The position numbers and the translations under genes are program-made. The notes beneath the pieces were generated by a model. The model was given only the letters and a program-made list of their open reading frames with translations. It did no database searches and had not been told where the DNA came from. From assembly GCF_001447785.1 (NCBI RefSeq), contig NW_015160842.1, positions 474,477 to 538,476 of the forward strand: a stretch of DNA of 64,000 nucleotides, written 5' to 3'. The stretch is from Gekko japonicus (Eukaryota). How positions within the stretch are numbered: the stretch's first letter is position 1; every line of letters starts with the position of its first letter. This document shows positions 1 to 12,782 of the stretch, piece by piece.

Positions 1-140
1 TAAGGACCTGCCATAGTTTGTTGTGATCCACACATTCAAAGGCTTTAGCATAGTCAATGAAGCAGAAGCAGATGTTTTTCTGGTACTCTCTTGCTTTCTC
101 CATAATCCAGCAAATGTTGGCAATTTAATCTCTAGTTCCT
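1..140 (-). mobile_element. RTE/BovB LINE fragment (RT region)
   Basis: Reverse complement reads GGAACTAGAGATTAAATTGCCAACATTTGCTGG...GCTAAAGCCTTTGAATGTGTGGATCACAAC (..DYAKAFECVDH..), a BovB/RTE RT motif. Confidence 0.85.
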
Positions 141-552
141 AATAATAATAATAATAATAATAAAGTTCTTTAAAATAAGCAATAACTATTATTTATTTTT
201 AAAGAATTGTGATTTCAGTCCAGAATCATAACTGCATCAGGTGAAAGTAAATGTCAGGGATTTCAGCCATGCATATTCCAGATAATGACAATAATTCAGT
301 ACCAAGTTGCTCCCTTAATGTAAATTGCTATGAATAACTTAAAAGTAAAAAAAATACAAGCTGTATGTTTTACTTCTTATGTAAAAGCTACTTTGCATAC
401 AGCAGTCTTTGTTATTTAAATTGTTCTTAAAAGAGTTACTGCAGCAAAAAAAGTTTGTTTTTTTAGCTTATCCACTGTTATCTGTGTCCTGTTTGAGAGT
501 TTGCACTTTTCTCAACAATTCCTCTTAAATAGTCATACTAAAGTAAATCAGA

Positions 553-606
553 ACAAAGTTTAACTTTTTTCTGCTGCTTCAGACCAACTCGGCTACCCAC
601 CTGAAT
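553..606 (+). mobile_element. Very short Penelope-like 3'-end insertion with 15-bp TSD
   Basis: Ends TTCAGACCAACTCGGCTACCCACCTGAAT(CT), the same terminus as 54396-54570. Flanked by CTAAAGTAAATCAGA at 538-552 and 607-621. Confidence 0.75.
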
Positions 607-2189
607 CTAAAGTAAATCAGATAATTCTCAAACGGATATTTTCACATTCTGTTGTTGCTCAGGGTTATTGTTCCTTTTTTATTAAGGCCATGTTCATATG
701 TATAGTTACTTCATTTAACAAACACTTTCATTTGATTAACAAATATTTTAATAGTCATTAAACCTGGCTATTTTAACTGAGAGATAGGTCACTGGTAAGT
801 GTATTTGTGAGGTAATACACATACAGAAGGCTCTTTTCTCCTGTAGTGGACTTGAATTCCAACAGACAGTATTGGCACTGAAAAGCCTCCTTCCAGCCCC
901 TGATTTGCCTGGGCTCCTCTCTTGTGTCAAGATTTTCAGTCAGAGCTTTCCCATCAGAAATATTTCACTCAGCAGTCATGGACGTACTATACTAACAAAA
1001 TCCTTAAAATATAATTTCCCTAGTGGGAGCAATAATACCATCAGACAACATGTTAGTGTTAAACTGAAGGATCCTTTCTTTTGTAAGACATTCACCATTA
1101 AATTAGAAACTACATGCCTTTGAACAAGCTTCCAGGTGCCAAAAAAGTATGCTACCACAGAGATGTAACCAAATTATTAGAAAGGTATGGTATACCTATT
1201 ACCAGCAGGAAATTGCCCACCCCATTCCAGTGCACTCAAAGGCTAAGGGGCTAAAATGGCAACTACCTTCTCAACAATTCGTGATGGAGGAAGGGGCCAT
1301 ACAGGCCATCTAGTCCAACCCCCTGCTCAGTGCAGGATCGGCCTGAAGTATCCGTGACAAGTGTTTGTCCAGCCACTGCTTGAAGACTGCCAGTGAGGGG
1401 GTGCTCACCACCTCCCTAGGCAGCTGATTCCACTGCTGAACTACTACTACTGTAAAAAAAATCCCTAATATCCAGTGGGTATCTTTCTGCCTATAATTTA
1501 AACCTATTTCTGCAAGTTCTATCCTCTGTTGCCTACAGGAGCAGCTCCCTGCCCTCCTCTAAGTGACAGCCTTTCAAATACTTACAGAGAACAATCATCT
1601 CCCCCTCAACCTCCTCTTCTCCAGACTGAACATTCCAAAATCCCTTTCCTCATAGGGCATGATCTCCACACCTCTGATGATCCTTGTTGCTCTCTTCTGC
1701 ACCTGCTCCATTCTCTCCACATACTTTTTGAAGTGAGACTTCCAGAACTACAGATAGTACTCTAGGTGCAACCTGACCAATGTGGTATATGACATTTTAC
1801 AATTTGGATGTTATGTGATGCACACCAAGACAGCATTAGCCTTTTTTGCCACTGCATCACACTGACTGCTCATATTTAGCTTACAGTCCACCCATATCCC
1901 AAGATCTTGTTTACACACACCACTACCGAAAAGTGTATTTCCCATCCAGTATACGTTCTTTTCATCTTTGTTACCCAGATGAAGAACTCTGCACTTCTCA
2001 TTGTTGAATTGCATCCTGTGCACATCTGCGTACTTTTCCAGTGTGTTCAGATCTCACTGAATTCTATCTCTGTCTTCCAGGGTGTTCGCTACTCCTCCCA
2101 ATTTGGTGTCATCTGCAAATTTAATGAGTAGTTCCTCCACCATCCAGTTCATTTGTAAAAATATTGAAAAGTACTGGGACTGACTCCAA

Positions 2190-2463
2190 CTCTGTTTTCT
2201 CCGGCGCACATTCTCTTTTTCTTCCCCTCCCTTTCTTCCCACAGGAGGAGGGGGAGGAGACTCAGCCAATGGAGGGAAGGGAGGTGTGGCTGTCTATCTC
2301 TTCCGTGCAGTTGAGAAACCTTGGGCAAGCAATCTGTGAGGCAGCAGCAGCCCCAGAGAAGGAAGCAGGAACAGGAAGCAGCAGACAGCCAGTTCCTTGT
2401 GGGCCTAGTAGGAGCCCTGCAGGGGCTGAATGTGGTCCATGGGCCATATGTTTGACACCCCTG
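2190..2463 (-). mobile_element. hAT-Charlie-like MITE remnant inside CR1
   Basis: Ends GGGCCATATGTTTGACACCCCTG (TIR CAGGGGTGTCAAAC on the minus strand). CR1 RT sequence resumes immediately after. Confidence 0.6.
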
Positions 2464-2990
2464 TATCAGAACATCATGGGGAACCCTGTCAAAAGCTTTA
2501 CTGAAATCCAGATAAACAATGTCAACGACGTTCCCACAATCTGATAGGCCCCTCACTTGATCAAAGAAGGAAACAAGGTTGGTCTGTCAGGACCTGTTGG
2601 GGACAAATCTGCACTGACTTCCCCAGATAACCAAGTTGTCCTTCAGTTGCTTGGATATTGACCCCTTTTAAAAATCTGCTCTAGGATCTTCCCTGGGACA
2701 GAAGTCAGACTGACTGACTTGTAGTTTCCTGGGTCATCCTTCCTCCCTTTTTTGAAGATTGGGATAACATTCACCCTCCTCCCATTTTTTTGGACATTTC
2801 CCATCCTCTAAGAAGACTTGAGGATGATGGACAAAGTTTCTGCAAGCTCTCAAGAAAGCTCTTTGAGCTCCCTCAGGTACAGTCCATCTGGATCGGGGAA
2901 TTTGTACTCATCCAGTGAAGCCAGGTGCCTCTCAACAACTTCTCTGTTCATGTGAACCAGCAGCCTAGACACCATGCCTTGTTTACTACC

Positions 2991-3498
2991 ATCTCTAGCT
3001 GGGCCTGATCTCTTCTTTAGGGGAAAAACTTAGGCAAAATAGGCATTGGGCCTTTCTGCTTTGTCCAGTGTCAGAGTTTCTCCATTTTCACCCAATGGTG
3101 AAACGTTGAGTTTGCTCCTCACATATCTAAGTTTTTCTTGTTGTGGTGAGCCTTCCTGGCCAGCCTCAGCTCACTCTGAGCTTTGGCCTCTCTAATAGCT
3201 GGCTACAGTGAAGAAGAAGAAGAGATTGGATTTATACATCTCTAGCTGGGCCTGATCTCTTCTTTAGGGGAAAAACTTAGGCAAAATAGGCATTGGGCCT
3301 TTCTGCTTTGTCCAGTGTCAGAGTTTCTCCATTTTCACCTAATGGTGGGCCTATGGCCTCTTTTACGTTGAGTTTGCTCCTCACATATCTAAGTTTTTCT
3401 TGTTGTGGTGAGCCTTCCTGGCCAGCCTCAGCTCACTCTGAGCTTTGGCCTCTCTAATAGCTGGCTACAGTGAAGAAGAAGAAGAGATTGGATTTATA
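2991..3498. repeat. Tandem duplication of ~250 bp (two near-identical versions)
   Basis: TCTAGCTGGGCCTGATCTC...GAGATTGGATTTATAC occurs at ~2991-3237 and ~3238-3499, differing by a ~16-bp indel. Confidence 0.85.
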
Positions 3499-3750
3499 CC
3501 CCGCTCTTCACTACCCAAAGGTGTCTCAGAGCGGCTTACAAATCCTTTCCCTTCCCCTCCCCACAACAGACATCCTGTGAGGTAGGTGGGGCTGAGAGAG
3601 CTCTTGACAGAAACTGCTCTTTTTCAAGAACAGCTCTTATCAGAATTACGGCTTGCCCAAGGTCATCCAGCCAGGTGCAAGTGAAGGAGTGGGGAATCAA
3701 ACCCGGTTCTCCCAGATTAGAGTCCGCGCACTTAACCACTACATCAAATA
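3472..3750 (-). mobile_element. Squam3-like tRNA-derived SINE
   Basis: tRNA-like head (TGTAGTGGTTAAG...GGTTTGATTCCC), core CCTACCTCACAGG, tail GGTATAAATCCAATCTC(TTC)n. Same family as 55553-55813. Confidence 0.85.
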
Positions 3751-4143
3751 GTGCCTAGCAACCTGCATATAGCCTTCTTTAGAAGTATGTCCTTCCCTCC
3801 ATTTCTTGAACATTTCCCTTTTCTTCCTTAGCTCATCATGAGAGTTCTCTGTTCCTCCACATTGGCTTCTTGGATCCCCTACCATGTTTCCATCTTGCTG
3901 GAATAGTGATAGCTTGATCTTGCAATAACTCTTGTTTTAGCAAAGCTCACCCTTCACTTGCTCCTTTCAGTTCCAGCATTCCTTCCCGTGGAATGACTTT
4001 CATCATTCATTAAAGTCTGCCCTCCTAAAATCTAACATACACTTCTAGCAACGAACTTCCTTGGTCCCTCACAGCAAAAGGGATTCTAGGAAGACATGGT
4101 CAGTTCTCGCTAAGGTCCCTACCACCTTCACCCCATTTACCAA

Positions 4144-5305
4144 TTGTGTTGGTTCACAAAGAAAAACAGGCTTTTTGAAATGCTGCTTGTGTCAGAGAGT
4201 CAGGGAGTTCAAGAGTTAATCTTCCCTGGAAGAGTTTATGTGATTAGCTGCACTATTCACTCTCTGATTGGCCAGCATCTGCTTAGAGAGGAAATAAAAC
4301 AGCTGATCTGGAGGAAAACAAGTCTTTCGCCTCTTGGTCTGAAATCTAACTTGGTCTGAAATCTAACGTCTGGATCAGTAGCCAGAGAGCTTGACTTCTG
4401 AGAGGCTTTGGGAGTCAGTGATTTCTGTCAGGGAATTGTCAGAAAAGTACTTCTACAGGGAGAAGAATAAGGACCCCATTGTCTTAAATATGTTAGAACT
4501 ACTCTGAGGGAGAACTTAGATTCTCAGTTAAGAAAGCTACAGAACAGCTTTATACAGACAATGGATACTGGAGAAGGATTTGGCAGAAGGTCTGGGTAGT
4601 CAGAAAGATCTCCCATACAAGCCAAATAGTAAAAGGAGTAATTGCTTCTTAGGGACAAGGAGAATAACTTCCTGTCAGTTAAAGGGGTTGGGAAGAGAAC
4701 CCTGGTCTGTGATAAAGGGGAGAAGCTTAGACACTTCAGGGTTAGTGAAAACCTATAATATCTAAAGGGGAAACCTAGGTCTCTGAAGGGAGAAACCTAG
4801 AAGCACTAAGACAAAGCTATTCCTTAAGAAACTGTATTCAGGATTCTGTGTAACAGCTGAAATACATAATAAGCAAAAACCTGTCACTGAAAAGAACTCC
4901 AAACTCAGAAATTAAGCTTCAACAACACACTCTTGTTTGTTCAAAAATCTCAATCCTGTGTGTGTGTGTGTGTGTTCGAAAGTTTTACCTCAGCAACCTC
5001 TATATCTTGAATCCTCATTACTCACTGCCTGTTTATTAAAACCTTTATTCTGGTTTTGAACGTTAATTTTGCCTCATGCGCCATTTCATGAGGGTATTTT
5101 AAAACAAGCCAGCTCTTGTATTCCCTCTAGTTCCTGTGCTGGGTCATAAGCCTAAACTAATATCTGTGACAGGATGAGACAGTAAAGCTCATAAAATAAA
5201 GAAGAAAAACATGCTACTGATGGGTGGCTCAGTCACTGAGGGGAACTAAAAATGTTTTTGGTGGGAAAATATCTGTGAGATTGGGGAAGTGTCAGGGGTC
5301 TGTCA
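4144..5305 (+). mobile_element. Solo-LTR-like insertion in CR1
   Basis: CR1 endonuclease sequence stops at 4143 and resumes at 5306. The insert runs (T)TGTG...TGTCA with ATTAAA near 5035. Flanks are TACCAA / TACCGA (imperfect TSD). Confidence 0.5.
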
Positions 5306-6130
5306 TACCGACTCTTGCCTGTTGGTTAATATTAAGTCAAGTATGGCCAAGCCCCTCGTAGCTTCCTCCACCATGTAAAAAAGAAAGTTGTTGGCCTGGC
5401 AAGTCAGGAAGTTGTGTGACTCTGGATGCTTAGCAGAGTTTGTCTCCCAGCACACATCAGGAACCTTGAAGTCACCCATAACTGCAAGGTTTTATTGCTT
5501 AGATACACTGTCAAGTTCTCAGGGAGGGCAGCATCCAGCTCCTCATGTTGCCAAGAAGCCGTTCCAGATTGCACTGTTAAGGGACTGTCTGCTATCTATG
5601 CCTTGCTGGACTGTGAAGTGGGTGCCAGGGCAATAGTCAGAGCTGTGGTCCTAAGTGCCCCATGCTGGACTGTGGGCTGTATACTGTGGCCAGGGCAGCC
5701 TTGTGCCACAGCCACATGCCAAGCCAGATCTGGACCCAAGATGACAGAAGTCTTTCACCCACTCTTCACTCTGCGTCTGCACAAGCACCATGATGCAGAC
5801 CAGCAGCCCTGATCTCCATGAACACAGAAATAGCAGCAGACCAGAGGGAAGCCATATTCTGAAAGAGGCCAGATGTTCCTGCAAAGAAGCCATGAAGGGT
5901 TCACTTCTCCACGAGGGTCATTTTGTAGAAAAAGAGCTGCAGAAGCGTATTAGCATACGGTATGCTAATGAGTTACTAGGGTATTAGCATAATAGCTCAT
6001 TACCATATGCAATGCCCCCTGATATCACTGGAAGTGATGTCAGAAGGAGAAGCAAAAGGGGGGGGAGGCATCTTCAAAAGCCTCCCCTTCCCTTCCCCAG
6101 CCGGCGGGGGGGGGGGGGGGGAAAAAGAGA

Positions 6131-6384
6131 NNNNNNNNNNNNNNNNNNNNNNNNNNNNNNNNNNNNNNNNNNNNNNNNNNNNNNNNNNNNNNNNNNNNNN
6201 NNNNNNNNNNNNNNNNNNNNNNNNNNNNNNNNNNNNNNNNNNNNNNNNNNNNNNNNNNNNNNNNNNNNNNNNNNNNNNNNNNNNNNNNNNNNNNNNNNNN
6301 NNNNNNNNNNNNNNNNNNNNNNNNNNNNNNNNNNNNNNNNNNNNNNNNNNNNNNNNNNNNNNNNNNNNNNNNNNNNNNNNNNNN
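6131..6384. other. Assembly gap (N run); other gaps at 38108-38367, 48356-48528, 49095-49236 and 51740-52167
   Basis: Runs of N, mostly beside GC-rich sequence. Confidence 0.99.
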
Positions 6385-7339
6385 GAAAGAGGGAAAGTTA
6401 TTCTTGTATGATTGATAATTATTAAGTAAAAGACCAATTGTTACAGCAACCTGGTCTCCTCATCTATTCACGGGCTCTGGGAATTCTGACTCTGGTATAC
6501 ACGGGTTACATTCCTGCACTATATGCCAGTTGCCCTTTTAATATCATAATTCCCCAAGCTTGATAATAAATAAGGCAATTCAGCTAACACTCATCCTGGT
6601 CAGGCCGTCTGTAGCAGACTCCAACCACAATACTGTTTGTCCTTCCTTCCCTTATCCTCACCCAGATACTTTCTGGGCTGCCACCTGCCTCCTCCAGTAT
6701 ATCCTAACAAGCAAACCCTTTCCTCGCATACAGCACTACTCCGCCGCCTCTTCAACCCTTTCACTTTTTCTTGAACAACTCATATCCCTACTACATTCCA
6801 GTTGTGGGAATCAACCCACCAAGTATCTGTAATGCCTTATACTGGCTTAGTTAAGGAATACGGAGGAAAATGACTAGAGAGAAAGAACTCGCTTGATATC
6901 TCAGCTCACTAGCAACCTGTGTATGAAAGGCATAGAAATAAACATCTGAAATTATATTACGTTAGCTGGAAACCTACTATAAACTCTACAACTTTTTCCC
7001 ACCATGTGGGAAATTTACAACCTGCCTGTAAATACAACTTGTGGCCACTTGTGCTGGATATCAGAAAGTATGATGGAGGTGTCAGGTTCCTGCCCTCACA
7101 TGTGCCTTAAATGTATTAGTTGTTATAGGTTATTGTAGGGTGAGATATCCTGTGATTCATCTGTGATAATTTAAAAAATTGATACATCCAGACCAATATT
7201 GTTATGTACAACTGAGCTGCTAAAGGGAAATCAAAGGTGAATTAAGAGCATATATACTTTGCTGCTGTAGTAGTTTTTGTTTTTCTCCACTCTCTTTCAA
7301 AAAAAATTCTTATTGGCATGCAGTATGAGAGGTTTCTTT

Positions 7340-7800
7340 GCCAGCCATTTTAGTTCTTACGTTTAAGGCCCTGAACAGCTTGGGGGCAGGGTACTTGAAA
7401 GAACTTCTCTCACACTATCCAGCCCGCCAGTTAAGATCTGTCTCTCAAGCTCAGTTCTCTGTGCCCCTACCTTCAGAAGTGGGGCAGATGGTGAATAGAG
7501 ACAGGGCATTTTCTGTGGTGGCACCTTACCTTTGGAATGTCCTCCCTCTTGAAGCTTGCCTGGGGCCTACTTTACTTTCTTTTTAGGCTCCAGGCTTAAA
7601 TGGATCTTTTCCTCCAGACTTTTAATTAGGGTTTTTATCTTACCAGCCTTTGAATAGCCTGCTTCTGTTTTATGGGTAGCTTTTATACTGCTTGTGTTTT
7701 AATGGTTTGTGTTTTAATATTGTGTTTTTTAATTGTAAACTGCTTCAAGCGGGAGTTTGAAAAAGTGGCATAGAACTATTCTAAATAAATAAATAAATAC
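7340..7800 (+). mobile_element. L2 LINE 3' fragment
   Basis: LTFKALNSLGAGYLKE...RAFSVVAPYLWNVLP is an L2 ORF2 C-terminus, followed by a 3' UTR ending in (TAAA)n. Confidence 0.85.
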
Positions 7801-8039
7801 TCTTGGCTCCTCCTTCCCTAAACACCTGGCCTCCCATGCCCATACCTTGATCAGTCTTCTCTCAACTTCCTCCCTGCTTCCTCCCTGCCTAACCTATTCT
7901 GCACTCCTCTCTGTTGAATGCTTCTTCCCCTGTTCCCTGGACCATCATTCAGTTCACCATCTCTTAGACTCATCACTACTGTTACCCTTGCCTGTCAGTA
8001 ACCAACAGACTCGCCTCTTACAATTTTCTGTCTTCCACT

Positions 8040-8358
8040 TGTTGTGTTCTTACATAGACCACGCATGTGGTCAGGTCCGCACATGGACACGCGAGCGGCC
8101 CAAGCTTCACTCTCAAGACAGTAGACCGCACGGATCCTAAAATGCACCTATCGGGCAGCCAGGATCCGAGAGTAACCTATGGGATGTGGGGTGCACTGTA
8201 AAGAATCCTATCACGGGTGTGGGTGTGTGCTTGGATGTGGTTTAGAATGGGGATTTAAGCAGACCTCCGGTCCTGCTCTCGTTGTCTGTATCCGAGCTGA
8301 ATTACAATAAGCTCATGAGCTGATTTCACTACCTCATGTCCGAACCCAGTACATTATA
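8040..8358 (+). mobile_element. Short solo LTR (Gypsy-like)
   Basis: CpG-rich 319-bp block TGTTGTGT...ACATTATA flanked by the 4-bp direct repeat CACT (8036-8039, 8359-8362). AATAAG polyA-like signal near 8306. Confidence 0.6.
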
Positions 8359-8490
8359 CACTTCAGTAACTTCAATACTGTGAACAACTCCATGATACTA
8401 CAGCAACTCAGCAATGGAAAGCAAGAGGTTGCAAAGAACAGTGGCAGCCAGTTTTTAGCCTTTTCCGCTGTCCTCCAGAAGAACGTTTAT

Positions 8491-8562
8491 TAACAGTGCA
8501 ATCCTAAAAACCTTGATTTCAATGGATTTAGACAGGTGTAACTCTTTAGGATTGCAGTGTTA
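8491..8562. mobile_element. ~70-95 bp hairpin MITE (PIF/Harbinger-like); related copies at 26644-26735, 27003-27147, 27649-27738, 32380-32467, 36793-36881 and 43434-43501
   Basis: Arms TAACAGTGCAATCCTAAA / TTTAGGATTGCAGTGTTA are 17/18 complementary, with TAA/TTA ends. Confidence 0.7.
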
Positions 8563-9551
8563 GGAACTATACCTTCCCTGGGTGTCAGGGGCCTCTTTTA
8601 GCAATTCCTCTGAAATATATTTTAAGTATATTAAATAAACAAATAAGATCACAAGCTAAACTCTAATATTTGGCTTTAATTCATCTTAATTAACTGAAAT
8701 ACAAATGTTCTGTGGTACCAGAGCATTTTAGATTGGAGTGCTCTCCTTTTTCCCCAGTTCTTGCTAAGAGAGTTTTCCCCTGGCAAGTGTATGAAAAGAA
8801 AATCCAAGGAAAAAAGAAATCAGTGCAGGCAGAAGAAATTTTTATTTTAGTGCATATTCATAGAATACTTTAGACATTTATTAATGCCACAGGCCATGAA
8901 TTATGAATTATGTATAGCCTTTATGTAAACCTTATATGACTTGAAAATTTACTTGTGCTACTATTTGTTTAATAGGGTAGTTGTGGAAGATATGTAGCTA
9001 AAGACATCCTTTAGCACAACTTGGCAGCTTTAAAGGCTCATCAGTTTTAGATATTTTTTCTAGTCTCTATGCTGAATGGTCTTTAATATTAATTTGTTAA
9101 AAGTCATAAATACTATTTGTGTAGCTTAAGTATACTCTTTTTCTGTTTATGAAAAAGCAAGAATTTAAAAATGTTTTTAAGGCAACATCAGCAAATGGAT
9201 TAATTTTCAGATGGAGCTGTCATTTACTGACAGTAAACCTTTTGGAATTAACATATGCTAGATTCAGCAAAGTATCTTGATTTAAATTTCTCCACAATGT
9301 GGCTGAATTCTCTATTTGGTCACCACAGGTATTATTGAATTATTTTTACTTTCTTTTTTGTAAGCCTCTTTGTAGGACAGGTGTGGAAAGGTGGGCTGTA
9401 AATTTGTGAAATAAATAAATAAATGTGAGTTGTGGTTTGCAGGGTAGCTGAGAAAAGAGGAGAAGGGGGGGGTCAAAGCTCCAGGGTCGCTGTTCAACAT
9501 AGAGGACCATGGAGCTGAGCAAGTAACGGGCTGGATCAGGGAGGGTTAAGG

Positions 9552-9752
9552 AGAAGAGAAGAGAAGAGAAGAGGAGAGATTGGATTTATAGCCCGCCCTT
9601 CACTACCCAAAGGAGTCTCAGAGTGGCTTACAAACTCCTTTCCCTCCCCCTCCCCACAACAGACACCCTGTGAGGTAGGTGGGGCTGGGAGAGCTCTGAC
9701 AGAAACTGCTCTTTTTCCAGAACAGCTGTGCCAGAACTATGGCTTGCCCAAG
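9552..9752 (-). mobile_element. 5'-truncated Squam3-like SINE
   Basis: Same tail and core as the 3472-3750 copy, with a (GAAGA)n end. Confidence 0.85.
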
Positions 9753-12000
9753 TTTTCTGATTATTTCAACCCATCCCAGTTTTGTCCACATAAGCGTTTC
9801 CTGTCTTTGACTGAAGTCTGCAGGGTAAGCCAGCAGAGTTTTCATTAGCTGCTAGGTCTAGGACAGGGATAATTGATGCTGCATTTGACCAAGCAAGATG
9901 TGGTTCCAGCAAAACCTGGAGGTTGACAGAGGATTTAAGTACTCCAAGGAACTGTGTTCAAGCCCTATCTTCTTAGAAGAGACAGCTGGCACTAAAGGTG
10001 CCATGCTTGATTTCAGAGGTGGATGATCTGGCATGGCTGGAATGCTTCTTGACCTCTGGGAACTTGAGATGGCTTGAGAGACCTCAGGTGTGCAGCTGGT
10101 TCTGGGTAGCAGGTTTGGAGTCTGAGAGGAAGGCAGGGCTACCTTACAGAACTGTCCCAATCTCTGAAGGGGTCTCCGTAGACATTGAAGAAGGCTTCTG
10201 AAGATGACCTGACTGTATCTTCCTTATCAGAGTCTTCAGATTCTCCTTTTGGTGAGGAGGAACCAGTATCTTCATTCCATGACAAAAAGGAACTATAAAT
10301 CCCCCAGGTGCAGACTGTAGGTAAGAATTTGTGTCAGGTTATCACTGAGACTTCTTATTTGGTAGCAAAGGACTATGCAGTTATGGTGCCTCCTACTTCT
10401 TGTCACTTCATTTTTAGGAAATTGTATATAAGTTCCAAAAATTTCACAACTTATTTTATTGCAATCTCAGAGAACATTTAAATATTCTAACTGCATTAGC
10501 AGGGTCCAACACCACTGTGGACAGGTGATGCCAGTTTCATGGGGGAGACCGTGGCAATTGGGCCAGCAAACTAACATTCTCCCAGCCATGCAGAAGCTGT
10601 TTATTGGTAAGCATGCCACAAGTGACCTAAATCAGGTTAATTTTCATTTAATGCACCGGGGTTGAGCTGGATATGTATGCTTTTGTGCCTGTGTTGAAAG
10701 ACTGGTGATAGAGCTGCCCTTTCAGAAGGAGTGGGTCAAAAAATGTCAGCGTTATTGTTTTCCCAGCACATTTCCAGTTGAGACAGACCCTTTGAAGAGG
10801 GTGAGGATAGCAAGGGAGAATGGGATTTATGCACATGCATTAAGGAGTGAATGCATCCCTTTGTGGATGATTTACAAAGGGGCCCTACTCACAGATGAGG
10901 AGAGATCTGATATAACAATTCATTGTTCTGACACACATTGCAATCATGATGTGCAGTTTTTAATGTATCATGTTACATTAAGCTTAGCCCATGGTCCAAT
11001 ACCGTGTAACATAAATTTTTGTAAAGGGAGAAACATAACATGATGCTGTCTTTTAAAAGACACACACTATTTTTTCAGTTCACATCCCTTTTCTCCATGA
11101 ATGCCCAATTTGAAAATCAAGGTGACAGACAAAAGTGGAGTGAATGAGCATCCACAAACCAGCATATTTTTCTTGGGTAGTTTTGCTCATTCTCACCTGT
11201 AGTCAATGACTCCAGTCAGTTTTTATGTTGCAATGCATGAGCAAAGCTGATGGACATATTTTTTTGTCACCCCTAGTTAGACTTTATTCAAGGTCAGCCA
11301 AGGGAGACCTAATAAGGATTAAGACAGTAAAATACACTGAAATTAATCACAGAAGTATTTGCTGCACAACACAGAAATGTTTTTTTCTTATATAAGAATT
11401 TGACAGTATCTGCTTTAAGAATATTTATGTTAATGATGTTTCTTCTTTGCACAAAGTAGAGAAGATATTAAAATACAGCCATTGTGAAAGTAGCAATCCT
11501 GACCCTTTAAATACCGTTTAAACAACATTTTAAGAAAATGTATCGTAATGGTAGTTAAAACATTGAGATTACACCATGGCATATTTTAAAAATCTTAATA
11601 AATTTCAGCAAAAATACAATGTGTTCTTCCAACTGCTCTTTCATAGGGAATGGATGAAGAGGTGTTTCCAAGAGACTACTAAAATTATCTAGATACTGTT
11701 CTGTCGGGCAGCTGTGCCCCACAACAATCCCTAAAGGATTAATCCTGTTCAAGTGATAAGGCTCGTGCTTTGGGATCCAGGATACAACATGTGCTGATCA
11801 ATCTTGCTGTCCTTTAACTGATTCTCAAGTGGGATAGAATGGAATCAATACACCTCTAGTCATGAGGAAGAAAGTCCGTGACTGCCAGGTGCAGGTGGAA
11901 AAGAGAAAAACACCATCAAACATTGTATCCTACTGAAATTAGTAACATTTCTAGTAACAACAAACGGCATGTGAGCTCAGCACTTTGTTTATGGTGTGAC

Positions 12001-12206
12001 CAATGTTCCCTCTAAGGCGTGGAGTCTTCTGAGCAAAAATTCTACTTTGTGAGCTACGGGCATTAAAGCTGTGAGCGAGCGATTTGGTTACGGCATCAAT
12101 TAGTTTGCTCTGGAGCCCTCCTCCCTGAGCTTAGACAAAAACGTGTGAGCTGGAGGCTAGAAAACTGTGAGCTGGCTCACACTAACTCAGCTTAGAGGGA
12201 ACACTG
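12001..12206 (+). mobile_element. Non-autonomous hAT DNA transposon (MITE)
   Basis: TIRs CAATGTTCCCTCTAAG / CTTAGAGGGAACACTG. Perfect 8-bp TSD GGTGTGAC (11993-12000, 12207-12214). Confidence 0.92.
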
Positions 12207-12782
12207 GGTGTGACCTATAGATTTGAGAGAGTGGCACCATCTAGTTGCTCTCAAAGTTCTGATACCTCCCTCCTTACCCCTTTGTGTGTCCTACAATTTA
12301 GAATTCACTTATCAGAGAAAAATGGACCACTACTCACCTATCCCTGGCAGGGAGTTGCACTAGGACTCTGCCTGCAGTTTCGGTTTGGGGTGTTCCATGG
12401 AGCTCTGATTCTGCAAGGCAGAAAAGGTCATGACACAGCAGTAGCAGTGGTTGGAACAGAGTTGCTGGTAGTCACCTAGAAATGTGCCTGTGTTCTTTGG
12501 TCCCCGCCCCCCCCCTCCCCGCACACCAGCATAACATTGTTCTAACCCAGAGGTGATGTTTAATCAGTTGATCTCCAAGGGGACTCCTCTTTTTGGCACT
12601 GGGTCTACTTACCGTGTACAGGAAACCCCACTTGCAACTGAAGGGAAGAATGGTTGTTGAGCCAATGCATGTTGCAGGATTGTACGAGACATATGTAGCA
12701 AACATAATTTAAAGCATATCCTTCACCTGCTTTTAAGATAGAAAAGCCAGTGTTATAGAAATAATTGGCTTGGATCACAGTT

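Larger units (their letters stand above)
1290..5900 (-). mobile_element. Degraded CR1 LINE (3' end, RT, endonuclease, ORF1 remnants) interrupted by younger insertions
   Basis: Minus-strand peptides LIKFADDTKLGG, YLDFSKAFDRVPH and QFNNEKCRVLHLG. CR1 3' terminus CATCTAGTCCAACCCC near 1308. Endonuclease remnants at 4000-4143 and 5306-5480. Confidence 0.9.

Noticed and set aside
9420-10345. Possible LTR-like blocks here and at 16270-16625
   Set aside because: Composition is suggestive, but I could not define termini or a TSD.
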